Shown: positions 17,889 to 28,241 of the stretch, in pieces
How positions within the stretch are numbered: position 1 is the stretch's first letter
How the letters are laid out: each line of letters opens with the position of its first letter
Assembly: GCA_963707635.1 (NCBI GenBank)
Contig: OY970173.1
Location: forward strand, 1,920,001 to 1,984,000
Length of the DNA: 64,000 bases
From: Candidatus Latescibacterota bacterium
GTDB taxonomy: Bacteria; Krumholzibacteriota; Krumholzibacteriia; WVZY01; JAKEHA01
Direction of reading: 5' to 3'
Translations under genes and position numbers: made by a program
The notes under the pieces: generated by a model
The model's database searches: none
What the model was told of the DNA's origin: nothing
What the model saw: only the letters and a program-made list of their open reading frames with translations

Positions 17889-19376
17889 GTGTGGGTGGGG
17901 TGGTGGGGGATGGTGTGGGTGCTCTCGGCGTGCGTCGTGCTGGGGACGGCGGGACGCTACGGGTTCTCGGGAGGAATAGCCGCGTCGCTGCTCGGCTGGG
18001 CGCTGTGGCGGCGCGACGGGAGCGCGGCCGGTTACGCGCTGCTGGCCGCTCTGTGCACCGCCGTCGGCGCCGGCGCGACGCTCCGCCACGACGCGGACGC
18101 CCGGTGGGTGGCGGCGGCGGCGGCGCGCGCCGGAGGCGCCCTCGTCGAGCTGCACGGGCGCGTCGACGACTTTCCCCGCACCAGTCCCTACGGCGTCTCC
18201 TTCGCATTCGCCACCGTCATCGACGGGCGTCCGGTCCGGCTGCTGGTGCGCGCGTCCTTCTTCGACGTCACGTACGGGGACCGCTATTCGCTGCGCTCGC
18301 GACTCGCCGCGGCGCCCCCGGCCTCGCGCGCGGCCTTCGATGCCCGCGGTCTCTCGGGTTGCGCGCGCGTCGAGCTTCGAAACGCGCGGCGACTCGAAGG
18401 AACGGGCGGATGCCCGGTGACGCGCGGCGTGCTGTGGCCGCTGCACCTCGCCGCACGGGTGCGTCTGACGCGCGCACTCGGCGACCGTGCGGCGCTGGCG
18501 AACGGAGTCCTGCTCGGCGAACGGAGCCAGTTCGACCGGCGCACGCAGGCGGCGATCAACCGCCTCGGCATCATGCATCTGATCGCGATCAGCGGCATGC
18601 ACCTGACCACGGTGGCGGCGTGCGCGGTGGCGATCGGCCGTCTGGCGCCGCGCTGGAGCGGCGTGTGCGTCCTGCTCGCGGTCTCGCTGTACGCCGGCGT
18701 GGTCGGCGGCGTGGACTCGCTGACTCGCGCCTACGTGATGGCACTGATCCTGTTCGGCGCGCGCGGACTGGTGCGGCCGCTGCGCCCGGTGGACGCGCTC
18801 GGCAAGACGCTCTGGCTCATGCTGCTCGCGTCGCCGCTGTCGATCCGGTCCGTCGGTCTCCAGCTGTCGGTGGCCGCGACCTTCGCCGTGCTGGTGGTGC
18901 TTCCGGAGTTGACCGCGCGCCCGCGCCCGGCGGCCTCCTGGCTCACACGGGCGCTGGTCTCGAGCCGGCGGGCCGTCGTCGGCGCCTTCGTGTTGAGTCT
19001 TGCGGTGGAAGTGTTCATCGCACCGCTCCAGCTCCACTATTTCGGCGCGGTCAGCGCCGTCGGCCCGATGGCCACCGTCGTCTTCTTCGTGCCCGTGTCG
19101 ATCGTGCTCGTGGGGGCGCTGGGGCTGGCCGCGTTCGCCGGTATTCCGCTCGCCGGGCCGGCGCTAGCACGCGCACTCGAGTGTGCGTCGGAGTCCACGC
19201 GCACGCTCGCGCTGGCGCTGGCCGGTTGGGTGCCCGACCCGGTCGCGCTCCCGGTACCGCACGCGTTTCCATATTACGGCGGGGTCGCGTGGGTGTGGGC
19301 GACCCGGCGCCGGCCGTGGCTCTGGCCCTGGGGGATCGTGGCCATCGCGGCGTCGTTCCGGTCTGGACCGTGGTAG
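17889..19376 (+). CDS. comEC: ComEC/Rec2 family competence membrane protein (no C-terminal metallo-beta-lactamase domain)
   Basis: LLGERS, GIMHLIAISGMH, S--RA--M, GLQLS-AAT; multiple TM helices. Confidence 0.85.
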   Translation: MWVGWWGMVWVLSACVVLGTAGRYGFSGGIAASLLGWALWRRDGSAAGYALLAALCTAVGAGATLRHDADARWVAAAAARAGGALVELHGRVDDFPRTSPYGVSFAFATVIDGRPVRLLVRASFFDVTYGDRYSLRSRLAAAPPASRAAFDARGLSGCARVELRNARRLEGTGGCPVTRGVLWPLHLAARVRLTRALGDRAALANGVLLGERSQFDRRTQAAINRLGIMHLIAISGMHLTTVAACAVAIGRLAPRWSGVCVLLAVSLYAGVVGGVDSLTRAYVMALILFGARGLVRPLRPVDALGKTLWLMLLASPLSIRSVGLQLSVAATFAVLVVLPELTARPRPAASWLTRALVSSRRAVVGAFVLSLAVEVFIAPLQLHYFGAVSAVGPMATVVFFVPVSIVLVGALGLAAFAGIPLAGPALARALECASESTRTLALALAGWVPDPVALPVPHAFPYYGGVAWVWATRRRPWLWPWGIVAIAASFRSGPW

Positions 19377-19455
19377 CGCGTGACGGAAGAATTTTTCGTG
19401 TGTGCCTTCGGGGGCGGATGCTATAGTGGCCCCTCCGACGACGGGAAGGGTGTTC

Positions 19456-20082
19456 GTGACCTCCGTACGATGCCGAGTGGCCGTTCTGGCCTCGGGCCGC
19501 GGCAGCAACTTTAGAGCCCTCGCCGAGCGCTGTCAGGATGCGGCGTTCCCCGCCGAGGTGGCGTGCCTCGTCACCGACGACGATCAGTCCGGCGCGGTCG
19601 CCGTGGCCGAGAGCCTCGGGATTCGCTGGCACGCGGTCGACGCGGGGGAGCGGCGCGGCCGGCTCCGCGCAGGCGCGGAGGCCGAGATCGTCCGCATTTG
19701 CGAAGCCGAGCGCGCGGGGCTGGTGTTCCTCGCGGGATTCATGCGCGTCCTCGAGGGCGAACTCCTCTCCCGGTTCGACGGGCGGATCTTGAACGTCCAC
19801 CCCTCGCTGCTGCCGAGCTTCAAGGGACTGCACGCGCAGCGCCAGGCGCTGGAGTACGGTGTGAAGGTGGCGGGGTGCACGGTGCATTTCGTCGATGCGT
19901 CGGTCGACGGCGGGCCGATCGTGTTGCAGGCCGCCGTCGGCGTGCGCGACGACGATTCGGTGGAGAGTCTGCGCGCCCGCGTGCTCGAGGCCGAGCACCG
20001 GATCGTTCCCCGCGCGGTGGAATTGTTCGCACGCGGACGGCTCCGCATCGAGGCCCGACGCGTTCTCGGAACCGATGACTGA
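19456..20082 (+). CDS. purN: Phosphoribosylglycinamide formyltransferase
   Basis: SGRGSN, LAGFMR, LNVHPSLLP, GCTVHFV, DGGPI. Confidence 0.97.
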   Translation: MTSVRCRVAVLASGRGSNFRALAERCQDAAFPAEVACLVTDDDQSGAVAVAESLGIRWHAVDAGERRGRLRAGAEAEIVRICEAERAGLVFLAGFMRVLEGELLSRFDGRILNVHPSLLPSFKGLHAQRQALEYGVKVAGCTVHFVDASVDGGPIVLQAAVGVRDDDSVESLRARVLEAEHRIVPRAVELFARGRLRIEARRVLGTDD

Positions 20083-20137
20083 CTCCCGGCCGGCGCGGGC
20101 AGCGGCGCCGTCACGGGTCCGACACGAAGGAAACCCC

Positions 20138-21037
20138 ATGACTCGCTCACTCGCCAGCACCCGCGACCTCGGGCTTTCGCCGGATCGCGCGGGGAAAGTC
20201 CGCGACGTCTTCGACCTCGGCGATCGGCTCCTGATCGTCTCCACCGATCGCATCAGCGCGTACGACGTGATACTGCCCACGCGCCTGCCCGGCAAGGGCG
20301 TCCTGCTGACGCAAATCACGCTCGGCTGGTACGAACACTTCGGCGCGTCGCTCAAGACGCACTTCCTGACCGCGGAGACGTCCGAGTACCCGGCGCCCTT
20401 CGGCGGGCGGACCGAACTCACCGGCCGCAGCATGCTGGTCGCCAAGGCGCGGCGTTTCGACGTGGAGTGCGTGGTTCGCGGATACTTGAGCGGGTCGGGC
20501 TGGAAGGAGTACCAGCGCTCGAAGTCGGTGTGCGGGATTCGCCTGCCGGACGGGCTCACCGAATCCGCCGAGCTGCCCGAACCGATCTTCACCCCCGCCA
20601 CCAAGGCGGACAGCGGCCACGACGAGAACATTTCCTTTGCCCAGATGTGTGAGATCGTCCCGCGTGCGACGGCCGAGAAGCTCCAAAGTATGAGCATCGA
20701 CTTGTACGCGCGGGGACGGGACTACGCGCGCGGTCGCGGCATTCTCCTGGCCGACACGAAATTCGAATTCGGGTTGATCGACGGCGAGGTCACGCTCATC
20801 GACGAGATGCTCACCCCCGATTCGTCGCGCTTCTGGCCCGCCGACCGCTACGCGCCCGGGGGGCCGCAGGAGAGCTTCGACAAACAATTCGTGCGCGACT
20901 ACCTGGATCGGAGCGGGTGGGACCACAACCCGCCCGGGCCGGAGCTGCCGCCCGACGTGATCGCCCGGACCATCGCGCGTTACAAGGAAGCCCACGACCT
21001 CCTGTTTCCGCACCGCCACGTGGAGAAATATCTGTGA
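20138..21037 (+). CDS. purC: SAICAR synthetase
   Basis: GKVRD, TDRISAYD, ECVVRGY, ADTKFEFG, TPDSSRFW, SFDKQ. Confidence 0.97.
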   Translation: MTRSLASTRDLGLSPDRAGKVRDVFDLGDRLLIVSTDRISAYDVILPTRLPGKGVLLTQITLGWYEHFGASLKTHFLTAETSEYPAPFGGRTELTGRSMLVAKARRFDVECVVRGYLSGSGWKEYQRSKSVCGIRLPDGLTESAELPEPIFTPATKADSGHDENISFAQMCEIVPRATAEKLQSMSIDLYARGRDYARGRGILLADTKFEFGLIDGEVTLIDEMLTPDSSRFWPADRYAPGGPQESFDKQFVRDYLDRSGWDHNPPGPELPPDVIARTIARYKEAHDLLFPHRHVEKYL

Positions 21038-22596
21038 AGAAGACAATGAAAGCCGTGACCGCCCTGGTGAGTGTCACCGACAAGTCCGGGCTTGCGGAGC
21101 TCGCGACCGCCTTCGCCGAATGCGGGGTGCAGATCATCGCCTCGTCCGGGACGAAGGCGTTTCTCGAGTCGAGCGGGATTGCGGTGGAGGAAATCTCCGC
21201 GTACACGGCCAGCCCCGAGATTCTCGGGGGGCGCGTGAAGACGCTGCACCCGAAGATCCACGGCGGCATTCTGGCGGACCGCGACAACCCCGAACACCTC
21301 CGCACGCTCGAGACGCACGGCACCCGCCCCATCGATTTCGTCGTCGTCAACCTCTACCCGTTCGAAGAGAAGTACCGCTCGGGCGCGAACGCCGACGACA
21401 TGATCGAGCACATCGACATCGGCGGGATCACGCTCATGCGCGCGGCCGCGAAGAACCACCGGCACGTCACCGTGTTGACGAACCCGTCGCAGTACGCGGC
21501 CGTGATCGAACAATTGAAGAAGGACGGCGGCACCTCGCCGGCCACGCGCGCGCGTCTGGCGGGCGAGGCGTTCGCGTTGACGGCGACCTACGACGCCGCC
21601 ATCGGGCGCTATCTCCGGGACCAGGCCCCCGGCAACGGATTCCCGGAACGGATCGCGATCGGGCTGACCAAGGTGACGGACGTCCGCTACGGCGAGAATC
21701 CCCACCAGCGCGGGGCGCTGTACCGCACCGTGGCCGACTCGCCGTTCGTCGCCATGTCGCAGACGCAGGGGAAAGAGCTCTCGTTCAACAACTATCTCGA
21801 CGTGATCGGCGCGTTCGCGCTGGTGCGGGACCTGGGAGCGGGCGGGGTGGCGATCATCAAGCACAACAACCCGTGCGGTGCCGCGTGGAAGCGGGACGTG
21901 CTCGAGTCGTGGCGGCGCGCCCTCCAGACCGATCCGGTGAGCGCGTTCGGCGGGGTGGTGGCCGTCAACGGGTCCGTGAGCGCGGCGCTGGCGGAAGAGA
22001 TGGGCCAGGTGTTCCTCGAGGTCGTGCTCGCGCGCGCGGTGGACGCCGCCGCCGAGCCGATTCTCGCCAGGAAGAAGAACGTACGCGTGGTGACGATCCC
22101 GGACCGGTACTGGGAGCCGGCGCCGGCCGGCGCGATGGGCGTCTGGACGCACGACGTCATGCTGGTCCAGGACGACGACGCCGGATTCCCGGAGCTTGAC
22201 CGGATCGAGACGGTGACGCGGCGCGCGCCCACCGACGCTCAGGTGCTCGCGCTCAAGATGGCGTGGAAGGTCGCCAAGAACGTGAAGTCCAACGCCATCG
22301 TCGTGGCCGACGTCGACGGGACGGTGGGAATCGGCGCGGGGCAGATGAGCCGTGTCGACTCGTCGCACCTGGCGACGCGCAAGGCGGCGACGGCGGCGCT
22401 CGCGGTGGCGGGCGCGGTGGCGGCGTCGGACGCGTTCTTTCCGTTCCCGGACGGCGTGCTGGAGCTGGCGCGCGCGGGCATCGCGGCCGTGATCCAGCCC
22501 GGCGGATCGATTCGCGACCGCGAGGTCATCGACGCGGCGAACGAAGCGAACCTCGCGATGGTGTTTACCGGCAGACGGCATTTCCGTCACCTGTAG
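21034..22596 (+). CDS. purH: Bifunctional AICAR transformylase/IMP cyclohydrolase
   Basis: GRVKTLHP, IDIGG, RYGENPHQ, KHNNPCG, GQMSRVDS, SDAFFPF, RHFRH. Confidence 0.97.
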   Translation: MKKTMKAVTALVSVTDKSGLAELATAFAECGVQIIASSGTKAFLESSGIAVEEISAYTASPEILGGRVKTLHPKIHGGILADRDNPEHLRTLETHGTRPIDFVVVNLYPFEEKYRSGANADDMIEHIDIGGITLMRAAAKNHRHVTVLTNPSQYAAVIEQLKKDGGTSPATRARLAGEAFALTATYDAAIGRYLRDQAPGNGFPERIAIGLTKVTDVRYGENPHQRGALYRTVADSPFVAMSQTQGKELSFNNYLDVIGAFALVRDLGAGGVAIIKHNNPCGAAWKRDVLESWRRALQTDPVSAFGGVVAVNGSVSAALAEEMGQVFLEVVLARAVDAAAEPILARKKNVRVVTIPDRYWEPAPAGAMGVWTHDVMLVQDDDAGFPELDRIETVTRRAPTDAQVLALKMAWKVAKNVKSNAIVVADVDGTVGIGAGQMSRVDSSHLATRKAATAALAVAGAVAASDAFFPFPDGVLELARAGIAAVIQPGGSIRDREVIDAANEANLAMVFTGRRHFRHL

Positions 22597-22602
22597 TCGA
22601 CG

Positions 22603-24141
22603 ATGGCAGCCAACGGCGTTCTCATTCTGGATTACGGCTCGCAGTTCACGCAGCTCATCGCGCGCCGCATACGTTCGAAGGGCGTGTTTTCGGAAGTGCT
22701 GGCGTGGAACACGCCGCGCGCGCGCGCCCTGGCCAACCACCCGCGCGCGGTAATTCTCTCCGGGGGCCCGTCGAGCGTCTTCGAGCCGGGGGCGCCGACG
22801 CTGCCCCCCGACCTGTGGTCGTGGGGAATTCCGGTGCTCGGGATCTGCTACGGCATGCAGCTCGTCGGGCGCGAGCTCGGCCTCGAGGTAGTTCGCGCCG
22901 GGGCCGCCGAGTACGGGCACACGCGCGTGCGCGTCCAGACCGAGCACCCGCTGTTCCGGCGCACGCCGGCCGAGCAATCGGTGTGGATGAGCCATGGCGA
23001 CCGGGTGGTGGGCGGCGACGCCGACCTCCGCGTGCTGGCCACCTCCGGCGACGACGAGATGGCCGCGTTTCATTACCCGCCCCGCAACGTCTACGCGGTC
23101 CAGTTCCACCCCGAAGTGCACCACACCGCCTACGGGGACACGATTCTCGAGAACTTCCTCTTCGACGTGTGCGCGTGCGAGCGCACCTGGTCCGCGGGCG
23201 CGATCGTGGACGAGATGGTGCGGGAGATTCGCGAGCGCGTCGGCAACCGTCGCGTGATCTGCGCGGTGAGCGGGGGCGTCGACAGTTCGGTGGTCGCGTG
23301 CCTGGTCGACCGCGCCATCGGCATGAACCTCTTCTGCGTGTTCGTGGACAACGGGCTGCTCCGCGCCGGGGAGCGCGAGGGGGTCGTCGAGTTGCTGGGA
23401 TCGCACCTGTCCGCGCCGCTGGAAGTGGTGGATGCGCGCGCGCGGTTTCTCGCTCGTCTCGCCGGGGTCGACGACCCGGAAGAAAAGCGTCGCCGGATCG
23501 GCAACCTGTTCATAGAGATCTTCGAGGAGGTCAGCACCGCGCGCGGGCCTTTCGATTTCCTGGCGCAGGGGACGCTCTACCCGGACCGCATCGAGAGTTT
23601 CTCGACCGGGGGGCCGTCGGTCACGATCAAGACGCACCACAATGTCGGCGGACTTCCGGAGAACATGCGCTTCCAGCTGGTGGAGCCGCTGGCGCTGCTC
23701 TTCAAGGACGAAGTGCGCGCGGTGGGCGCGCAGCTGGGGCTGCCGGCGGAACAGCTTCGCCGCCACCCGTTCCCCGGGCCCGGGCTGGCGGTGCGCGTGC
23801 TCGGCGAGGTGACCGAAGAGAAACTCGGGATTCTCCGCCACGCGGATCGGATCTTCATCGACGCGCTCAAGGAGTACGGGCTCTACGACCGGGTGTGGCA
23901 GGCGCTCGCGGTGTTGCTGCCGGTGCGCAGCGTCGGCGTGATGGGTGACGCGCGCACGTACTCGTTTCCGGTGGTGTTGCGGGCGGTGACGAGCACCGAC
24001 GGGATGACGGCCGACTGGGCGGATCTCCCCGCCGATTTCCTCCGCGAGGTCTCGAACCGGATCATCAACCAGGTTCGCCACGTGAACCGGGTTGCGTACG
24101 ACGTGAGCTCAAAACCCCCGAGCACAATCGAGTGGGAGTGA
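22603..24141 (+). CDS. guaA: GMP synthase (glutamine-hydrolysing)
   Basis: GICYGMQ, QFHPEV, SGGVDS, IKTHHNVGGLP, KPPSTIEWE. Confidence 0.98.
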   Translation: MAANGVLILDYGSQFTQLIARRIRSKGVFSEVLAWNTPRARALANHPRAVILSGGPSSVFEPGAPTLPPDLWSWGIPVLGICYGMQLVGRELGLEVVRAGAAEYGHTRVRVQTEHPLFRRTPAEQSVWMSHGDRVVGGDADLRVLATSGDDEMAAFHYPPRNVYAVQFHPEVHHTAYGDTILENFLFDVCACERTWSAGAIVDEMVREIRERVGNRRVICAVSGGVDSSVVACLVDRAIGMNLFCVFVDNGLLRAGEREGVVELLGSHLSAPLEVVDARARFLARLAGVDDPEEKRRRIGNLFIEIFEEVSTARGPFDFLAQGTLYPDRIESFSTGGPSVTIKTHHNVGGLPENMRFQLVEPLALLFKDEVRAVGAQLGLPAEQLRRHPFPGPGLAVRVLGEVTEEKLGILRHADRIFIDALKEYGLYDRVWQALAVLLPVRSVGVMGDARTYSFPVVLRAVTSTDGMTADWADLPADFLREVSNRIINQVRHVNRVAYDVSSKPPSTIEWE

Positions 24142-24150
24142 CGCGTCCGG

Positions 24151-24179
24151 TTGTCCAGGCCCCGCGTCCGCCGTATACT
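24151..24179 (+). promoter_or_regulatory. Sigma70-type promoter, probably giving a leaderless transcript
   Basis: TTGTCC-N17-TATACT; ATG at 24186. Confidence 0.55.
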
Positions 24180-24185
24180 CAAACC

Positions 24186-26540
24186 ATGACCCGTCGTTCG
24201 GTCATGGCGGCCATCGTAGCCCTGCTTGCGGGTGTGACGCTCGTCCACCCCGTCGATCCCCGGGCCTCCAAGGTCAAGGACGCTATATCACCAGGCAACA
24301 TAACAACTTACGTGGCATCGCGCTCCCGGGTGCTCGCGACCCACGGGGAGTGGGCGCTCGCGTGGGACGCGCTGCAGACGGAGAGCAGTCGCGCCTCCGC
24401 CGATCTGGCGGTCAGCGTGCTCACGCGACTTCGGCGCTACGCTGCCGCGGAGAGCGTCCTCTCTCGACTCCTCGTCGACAGCGATCGGGACCGTTTCTTC
24501 CGGCAGGTGCAACTCGCCCGGTTGCAGCTGGAAGCCGGGCAGGTCGAGCGCGCGCTCGAACGGCTCGCGGCCATCGAGGCTCTCTCCGACCCGGTGTACG
24601 GGGCGTATCGGGATCTCGTGCTGGCGCAGGCGCGGTTCGCCGCGGGTGACGCGCCCGGGGCGGCGGGCGTGATCGACCGCGCGCTGCGTTCCGGCGCACC
24701 GGCCGCCGTGCATCCCGCCATCGACGATGTGCGAATCGACGCGCTGCTCGCGCTGGGGCGCGCGCCGGAGGCGCTCGCGGCGGCCCGCGACGCGATCGCG
24801 GATGCGCGCGACGCGGACACCCGCGCGCGCATGCTGCGCCGAGGCTACGACATTGCCACCGACTCCGGCGACCGCGTCGAAGCCGCGCGCAGCGCGAGCG
24901 CGCTGTTCGACGAGCACCGGCGGTCGCGCGACGCGCAGGAATGCGCCACCGATTTCGTGGGCCGGGCGGCGGCGGCGCAGGCGGCGCCCGGGGTCCTGCT
25001 CTCGTGCGCGTCGGTGTTCCAGGCACACGGCCGCGGTGCCGAGCTGCGGCGAGCACTGCGACTGTTGGATGCGCGGGCGCTCACGCCCGCCGAGGCGGAG
25101 TTGCGGCGCCTGCTCTGGGGCGAGTATCACTTCATGAGCGGCGACTTTTCGCGCGCCATCGCGCTGGCGCGGCCTTCCTATGCGGACGACGGGTTGCGGC
25201 GCCGCTCGATGCTCCTGCTCGCGCGCTCGTTTCGCCGGGTGGCGCGCGCCGCCGATGCGGCGAGCGTATACGCTGCCTTCGCCACCGCGTTTCCCAACGA
25301 CCCCCTCGCGGCCGAGGCGATGTACACGGCTGCCTCGCTGTACGCGGACGCCGGCAGGGCCTCGGAAGCGAATCTCCTTCTGGACAACGTGCGGCGCGCG
25401 TATCCGTCGACGTTCTACGGATGGGCGGCGGCGCTGGAGCGCGCGAGCCGGTTCGAAAACGACGGACGGACGCAGGACGCTGCGGACATTTACGAGCAAT
25501 GGCTCACGCGGTCGCGGCGCACCGACGAAGCCGCGTTGTTCTACCTCGCGCGCGCCCGGGCAAGCAGCGGCGCGCAGGGGGAGCCGCGGATGCTGCTCGA
25601 CGAACTCGCGGCGGTGAACCCGTTCTCGTTCTACACCCGCCCGGACGTGACGGGCTGGGCGCTCGGCCCGCGCGCGGCGGTGGGGGACGCCGAGCGCCGC
25701 GACGCGCTTTCCGACTGGCTCGCCGGCACCGAAGCGCGCCGCGAACAGGCGTACCGCCGCGTGCTCGCGTCGGCGAAGGCGGCGTCGGCCCGGGACGGCG
25801 ATGCGGAGGTCGGGCTGGTTCGCGCCCGCCGATTCCTCGAGGCCGGGTTCGACGACTGGGCCCAGGAGGAACTGGAGGTTGCGTTGCGCGAAGGACTCGA
25901 CGGGGCCCCGGAGGCGCTGCGCATGGCGCGGCTCTTCGATGAAAACGCGATGCCGTGGCGCAGTGTACGCCTCTACGAGCGCGCGCGCGCCGGCATGCCG
26001 TGGGAAGACCGCCGCGCGCACGCGGATGATTTTCGTCTCCTGACCTATCCGATCCCGTACCCGGCGCAAGTATTCGAAGCCTCGTTCGCCAACGACCTCG
26101 CCCCGCACCTGCTGTACGGGTTGATTCGGGAAGAGAGCCATTTCGAAAGCGAGGCGGTGTCGCGCGCGGGTGCGGTCGGGCTGATGCAGCTCATGCCGGA
26201 GACCGCGAGCCGCGTGGCGGCGCAGATGGACCTCTCCTGGGAAGGCCCCGATCAACTCGGGAGCCCGGACGTAAACGTGGCGATCGGCGCCTGGTACGCC
26301 GCCGACCTGCTCCGCGACGGACGCGGGAGCGTGGCGTGGATGCTCGCCGCGTACAACGCGGGGCCGGGCGCGGCGAAGCGCTGGATCGCGCCGGGAACCG
26401 TGGGGGAGGCGGTGATCGACGCCGTCGAGTCGATCGACTACCGCGAGACGCGAGGGTACGTGAAACGCGTGGTCGAGTCGGCGAATGTCTACCACGATCT
26501 CTACTTCGGTGGTGGAAGGGCGACCGGCGCTCCCCGCTAG
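24186..26540 (+). CDS. TPR-containing soluble lytic transglycosylase (Slt70-like)
   Basis: Signal peptide, helical repeats, REESHF, GAVGLMQLMP, AAYNAG, ETRGYVK. Confidence 0.9.
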   Translation: MTRRSVMAAIVALLAGVTLVHPVDPRASKVKDAISPGNITTYVASRSRVLATHGEWALAWDALQTESSRASADLAVSVLTRLRRYAAAESVLSRLLVDSDRDRFFRQVQLARLQLEAGQVERALERLAAIEALSDPVYGAYRDLVLAQARFAAGDAPGAAGVIDRALRSGAPAAVHPAIDDVRIDALLALGRAPEALAAARDAIADARDADTRARMLRRGYDIATDSGDRVEAARSASALFDEHRRSRDAQECATDFVGRAAAAQAAPGVLLSCASVFQAHGRGAELRRALRLLDARALTPAEAELRRLLWGEYHFMSGDFSRAIALARPSYADDGLRRRSMLLLARSFRRVARAADAASVYAAFATAFPNDPLAAEAMYTAASLYADAGRASEANLLLDNVRRAYPSTFYGWAAALERASRFENDGRTQDAADIYEQWLTRSRRTDEAALFYLARARASSGAQGEPRMLLDELAAVNPFSFYTRPDVTGWALGPRAAVGDAERRDALSDWLAGTEARREQAYRRVLASAKAASARDGDAEVGLVRARRFLEAGFDDWAQEELEVALREGLDGAPEALRMARLFDENAMPWRSVRLYERARAGMPWEDRRAHADDFRLLTYPIPYPAQVFEASFANDLAPHLLYGLIREESHFESEAVSRAGAVGLMQLMPETASRVAAQMDLSWEGPDQLGSPDVNVAIGAWYAADLLRDGRGSVAWMLAAYNAGPGAAKRWIAPGTVGEAVIDAVESIDYRETRGYVKRVVESANVYHDLYFGGGRATGAPR

Positions 26541-26635
26541 GGGGCGAAAACCCGCCGCTTGCACAATGCCCGCCGTCGGCGCGCCTCCAATCTTTCTCTT
26601 ATCGGCGCGGCTGCAGTTCGCTACCATCCGCCGCG

Positions 26636-27262
26636 ATGATGAGCCGCCCCCCCGATCGCACCGCCGCCGCGCCGCCGGGCCCGCGGACGCTCAAGCACGA
26701 ACTGCAACGTAAGTCGTTTCATCTCGGCATGATAATCGTGCCGGTCTGGGTGTACTTTCTACCCCCCACCCCCGCCCTGCTTGGCCTCATACTTGCTACT
26801 TTCGTCACCGTCGCGATCGACTTGCTGCGACTAAGCGACCATCGGCTCCGAACATTTTTTCTGCGATTGTTCCGATCGCTGATCCGCAGCCACGAGGAAG
26901 AGCACCTGCTGGGGTCGACGCACTACATGATCGCGGCGCTGTTGAGCGTGGTCGTGTTCGACCACGCGATCGCCATCGCCGCGCTGGCGTTTCTGGTCCT
27001 CGGCGATGCGGCCGCGGCGATCGTCGGTAAGCGTTTTGGGGTGGCGAGGTTCTGGGGCAAGAGCCCGCAGGGATCGTTCGCCTGTCTGACGGTGTGTTTG
27101 CTGGTCGGGTCCCTGCTGCTCCCGAGCCTGTGGCTGGCCGCGATCGGGGCAGTGGTGGCCACGGTAGCCGAGGCGATGCCGTCGCCTCTGGACGACAACA
27201 TGCGGGTTCCCATTTTCAGCGGCATCGCGATGCAACTGGCGGCGCGGTTCCTGCAGGGGTAA
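26636..27262 (+). CDS. CTP-dependent polyprenol/diacylglycerol kinase family (phytol/dolichol kinase-like)
   Basis: RKSFH, GDAAAAIVGKRFG, GKSPQGS, DDNMRVP. Confidence 0.85.
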   Translation: MMSRPPDRTAAAPPGPRTLKHELQRKSFHLGMIIVPVWVYFLPPTPALLGLILATFVTVAIDLLRLSDHRLRTFFLRLFRSLIRSHEEEHLLGSTHYMIAALLSVVVFDHAIAIAALAFLVLGDAAAAIVGKRFGVARFWGKSPQGSFACLTVCLLVGSLLLPSLWLAAIGAVVATVAEAMPSPLDDNMRVPIFSGIAMQLAARFLQG

Positions 27263-27268
27263 GTAAGC

Positions 27269-28213
27269 ATGTTCCTTAAGCGACTGTTCGCATTCATTCC
27301 GAAGAGCGAGTTTTCCAAGGCTCTGAACCTCTTCAATTCGGGCGAGTACCGCAAGGCGCTGGCCCGTTTCCAGGAGCTGCAGGGCATCGCGGAACAGGCC
27401 AGCGACGTCGACCGCGCCACCCTCGACCTGTATACGTGCGAAGCGCACGTGGCGATCGCGAAGGAGTGCGGCGTGGCGGGCGACACCGCGGGCGCGATGC
27501 GCGAGATGGAGGCGGCGGTGGCGATCAAGCCGATGTTCGCCGACCTCCACTACAAGCTGGGCGTGCTGTATTCGCAGACCGGTCGCCTGGAGGACGCGCG
27601 CAACTGTTTCCGCAATTCGCTCGAGATCAACAACAAGTTCTTCCGCTCGCGCGTGTATCTCTCCATGATTTCGCGCCGCATGGGCGACCTGGACACGGCC
27701 GTGCGGGAAGCCGTCAGCTCGAAGCACAGCTGCCCGAACTTCTATCGCGAGACGCTGGAGTCGCTGGTGATGACGCTGCGCACCGGCAGCGAGGACGAGA
27801 TCGCGCGTCTGTACTCGGAACTGATCGAGGAGCGGCCGAGCTCGGCCCAGATCAGCCGCGAGCTGGCGATCGAGGCGATCCAGAACGGCAACATGGACGA
27901 AGCGATCCGCGAGCTCAAGAAGGCGATCGCGCTCAAGCCGGATTACCCGGATCTCCACAACTACCTGGGCATCGCATACGGCAACAGCGGAATGGTCGAC
28001 GACGCGGTCCAGGAATTCGAAGTGGCGCTCAAGATCAACCCGTACTACCTGAAGGCCCGTCTCAACCTGGCGCTGCTCTATTATGAAAACGCCCGCTACG
28101 ACGAGGCCCAGGCGCAGCTCGACATGGTCCTCAAGGTCCAGTCCGACAACCAGCTCGCGAACAATCTCCTGCACGAGCTTCGCGTCGTGGCGTCGGGCCG
28201 GACCGGGAAGTAA
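27269..28213 (+). CDS. TPR repeat protein
   Basis: Several TPRs (P-FADLHYKLG, PDYPDLHNYLG, NPYYLKARLNLA). Confidence 0.9.
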   Translation: MFLKRLFAFIPKSEFSKALNLFNSGEYRKALARFQELQGIAEQASDVDRATLDLYTCEAHVAIAKECGVAGDTAGAMREMEAAVAIKPMFADLHYKLGVLYSQTGRLEDARNCFRNSLEINNKFFRSRVYLSMISRRMGDLDTAVREAVSSKHSCPNFYRETLESLVMTLRTGSEDEIARLYSELIEERPSSAQISRELAIEAIQNGNMDEAIRELKKAIALKPDYPDLHNYLGIAYGNSGMVDDAVQEFEVALKINPYYLKARLNLALLYYENARYDEAQAQLDMVLKVQSDNQLANNLLHELRVVASGRTGK

Positions 28214-28241
28214 CACCAGCGAGACCCGGAGCGCGGCCATC

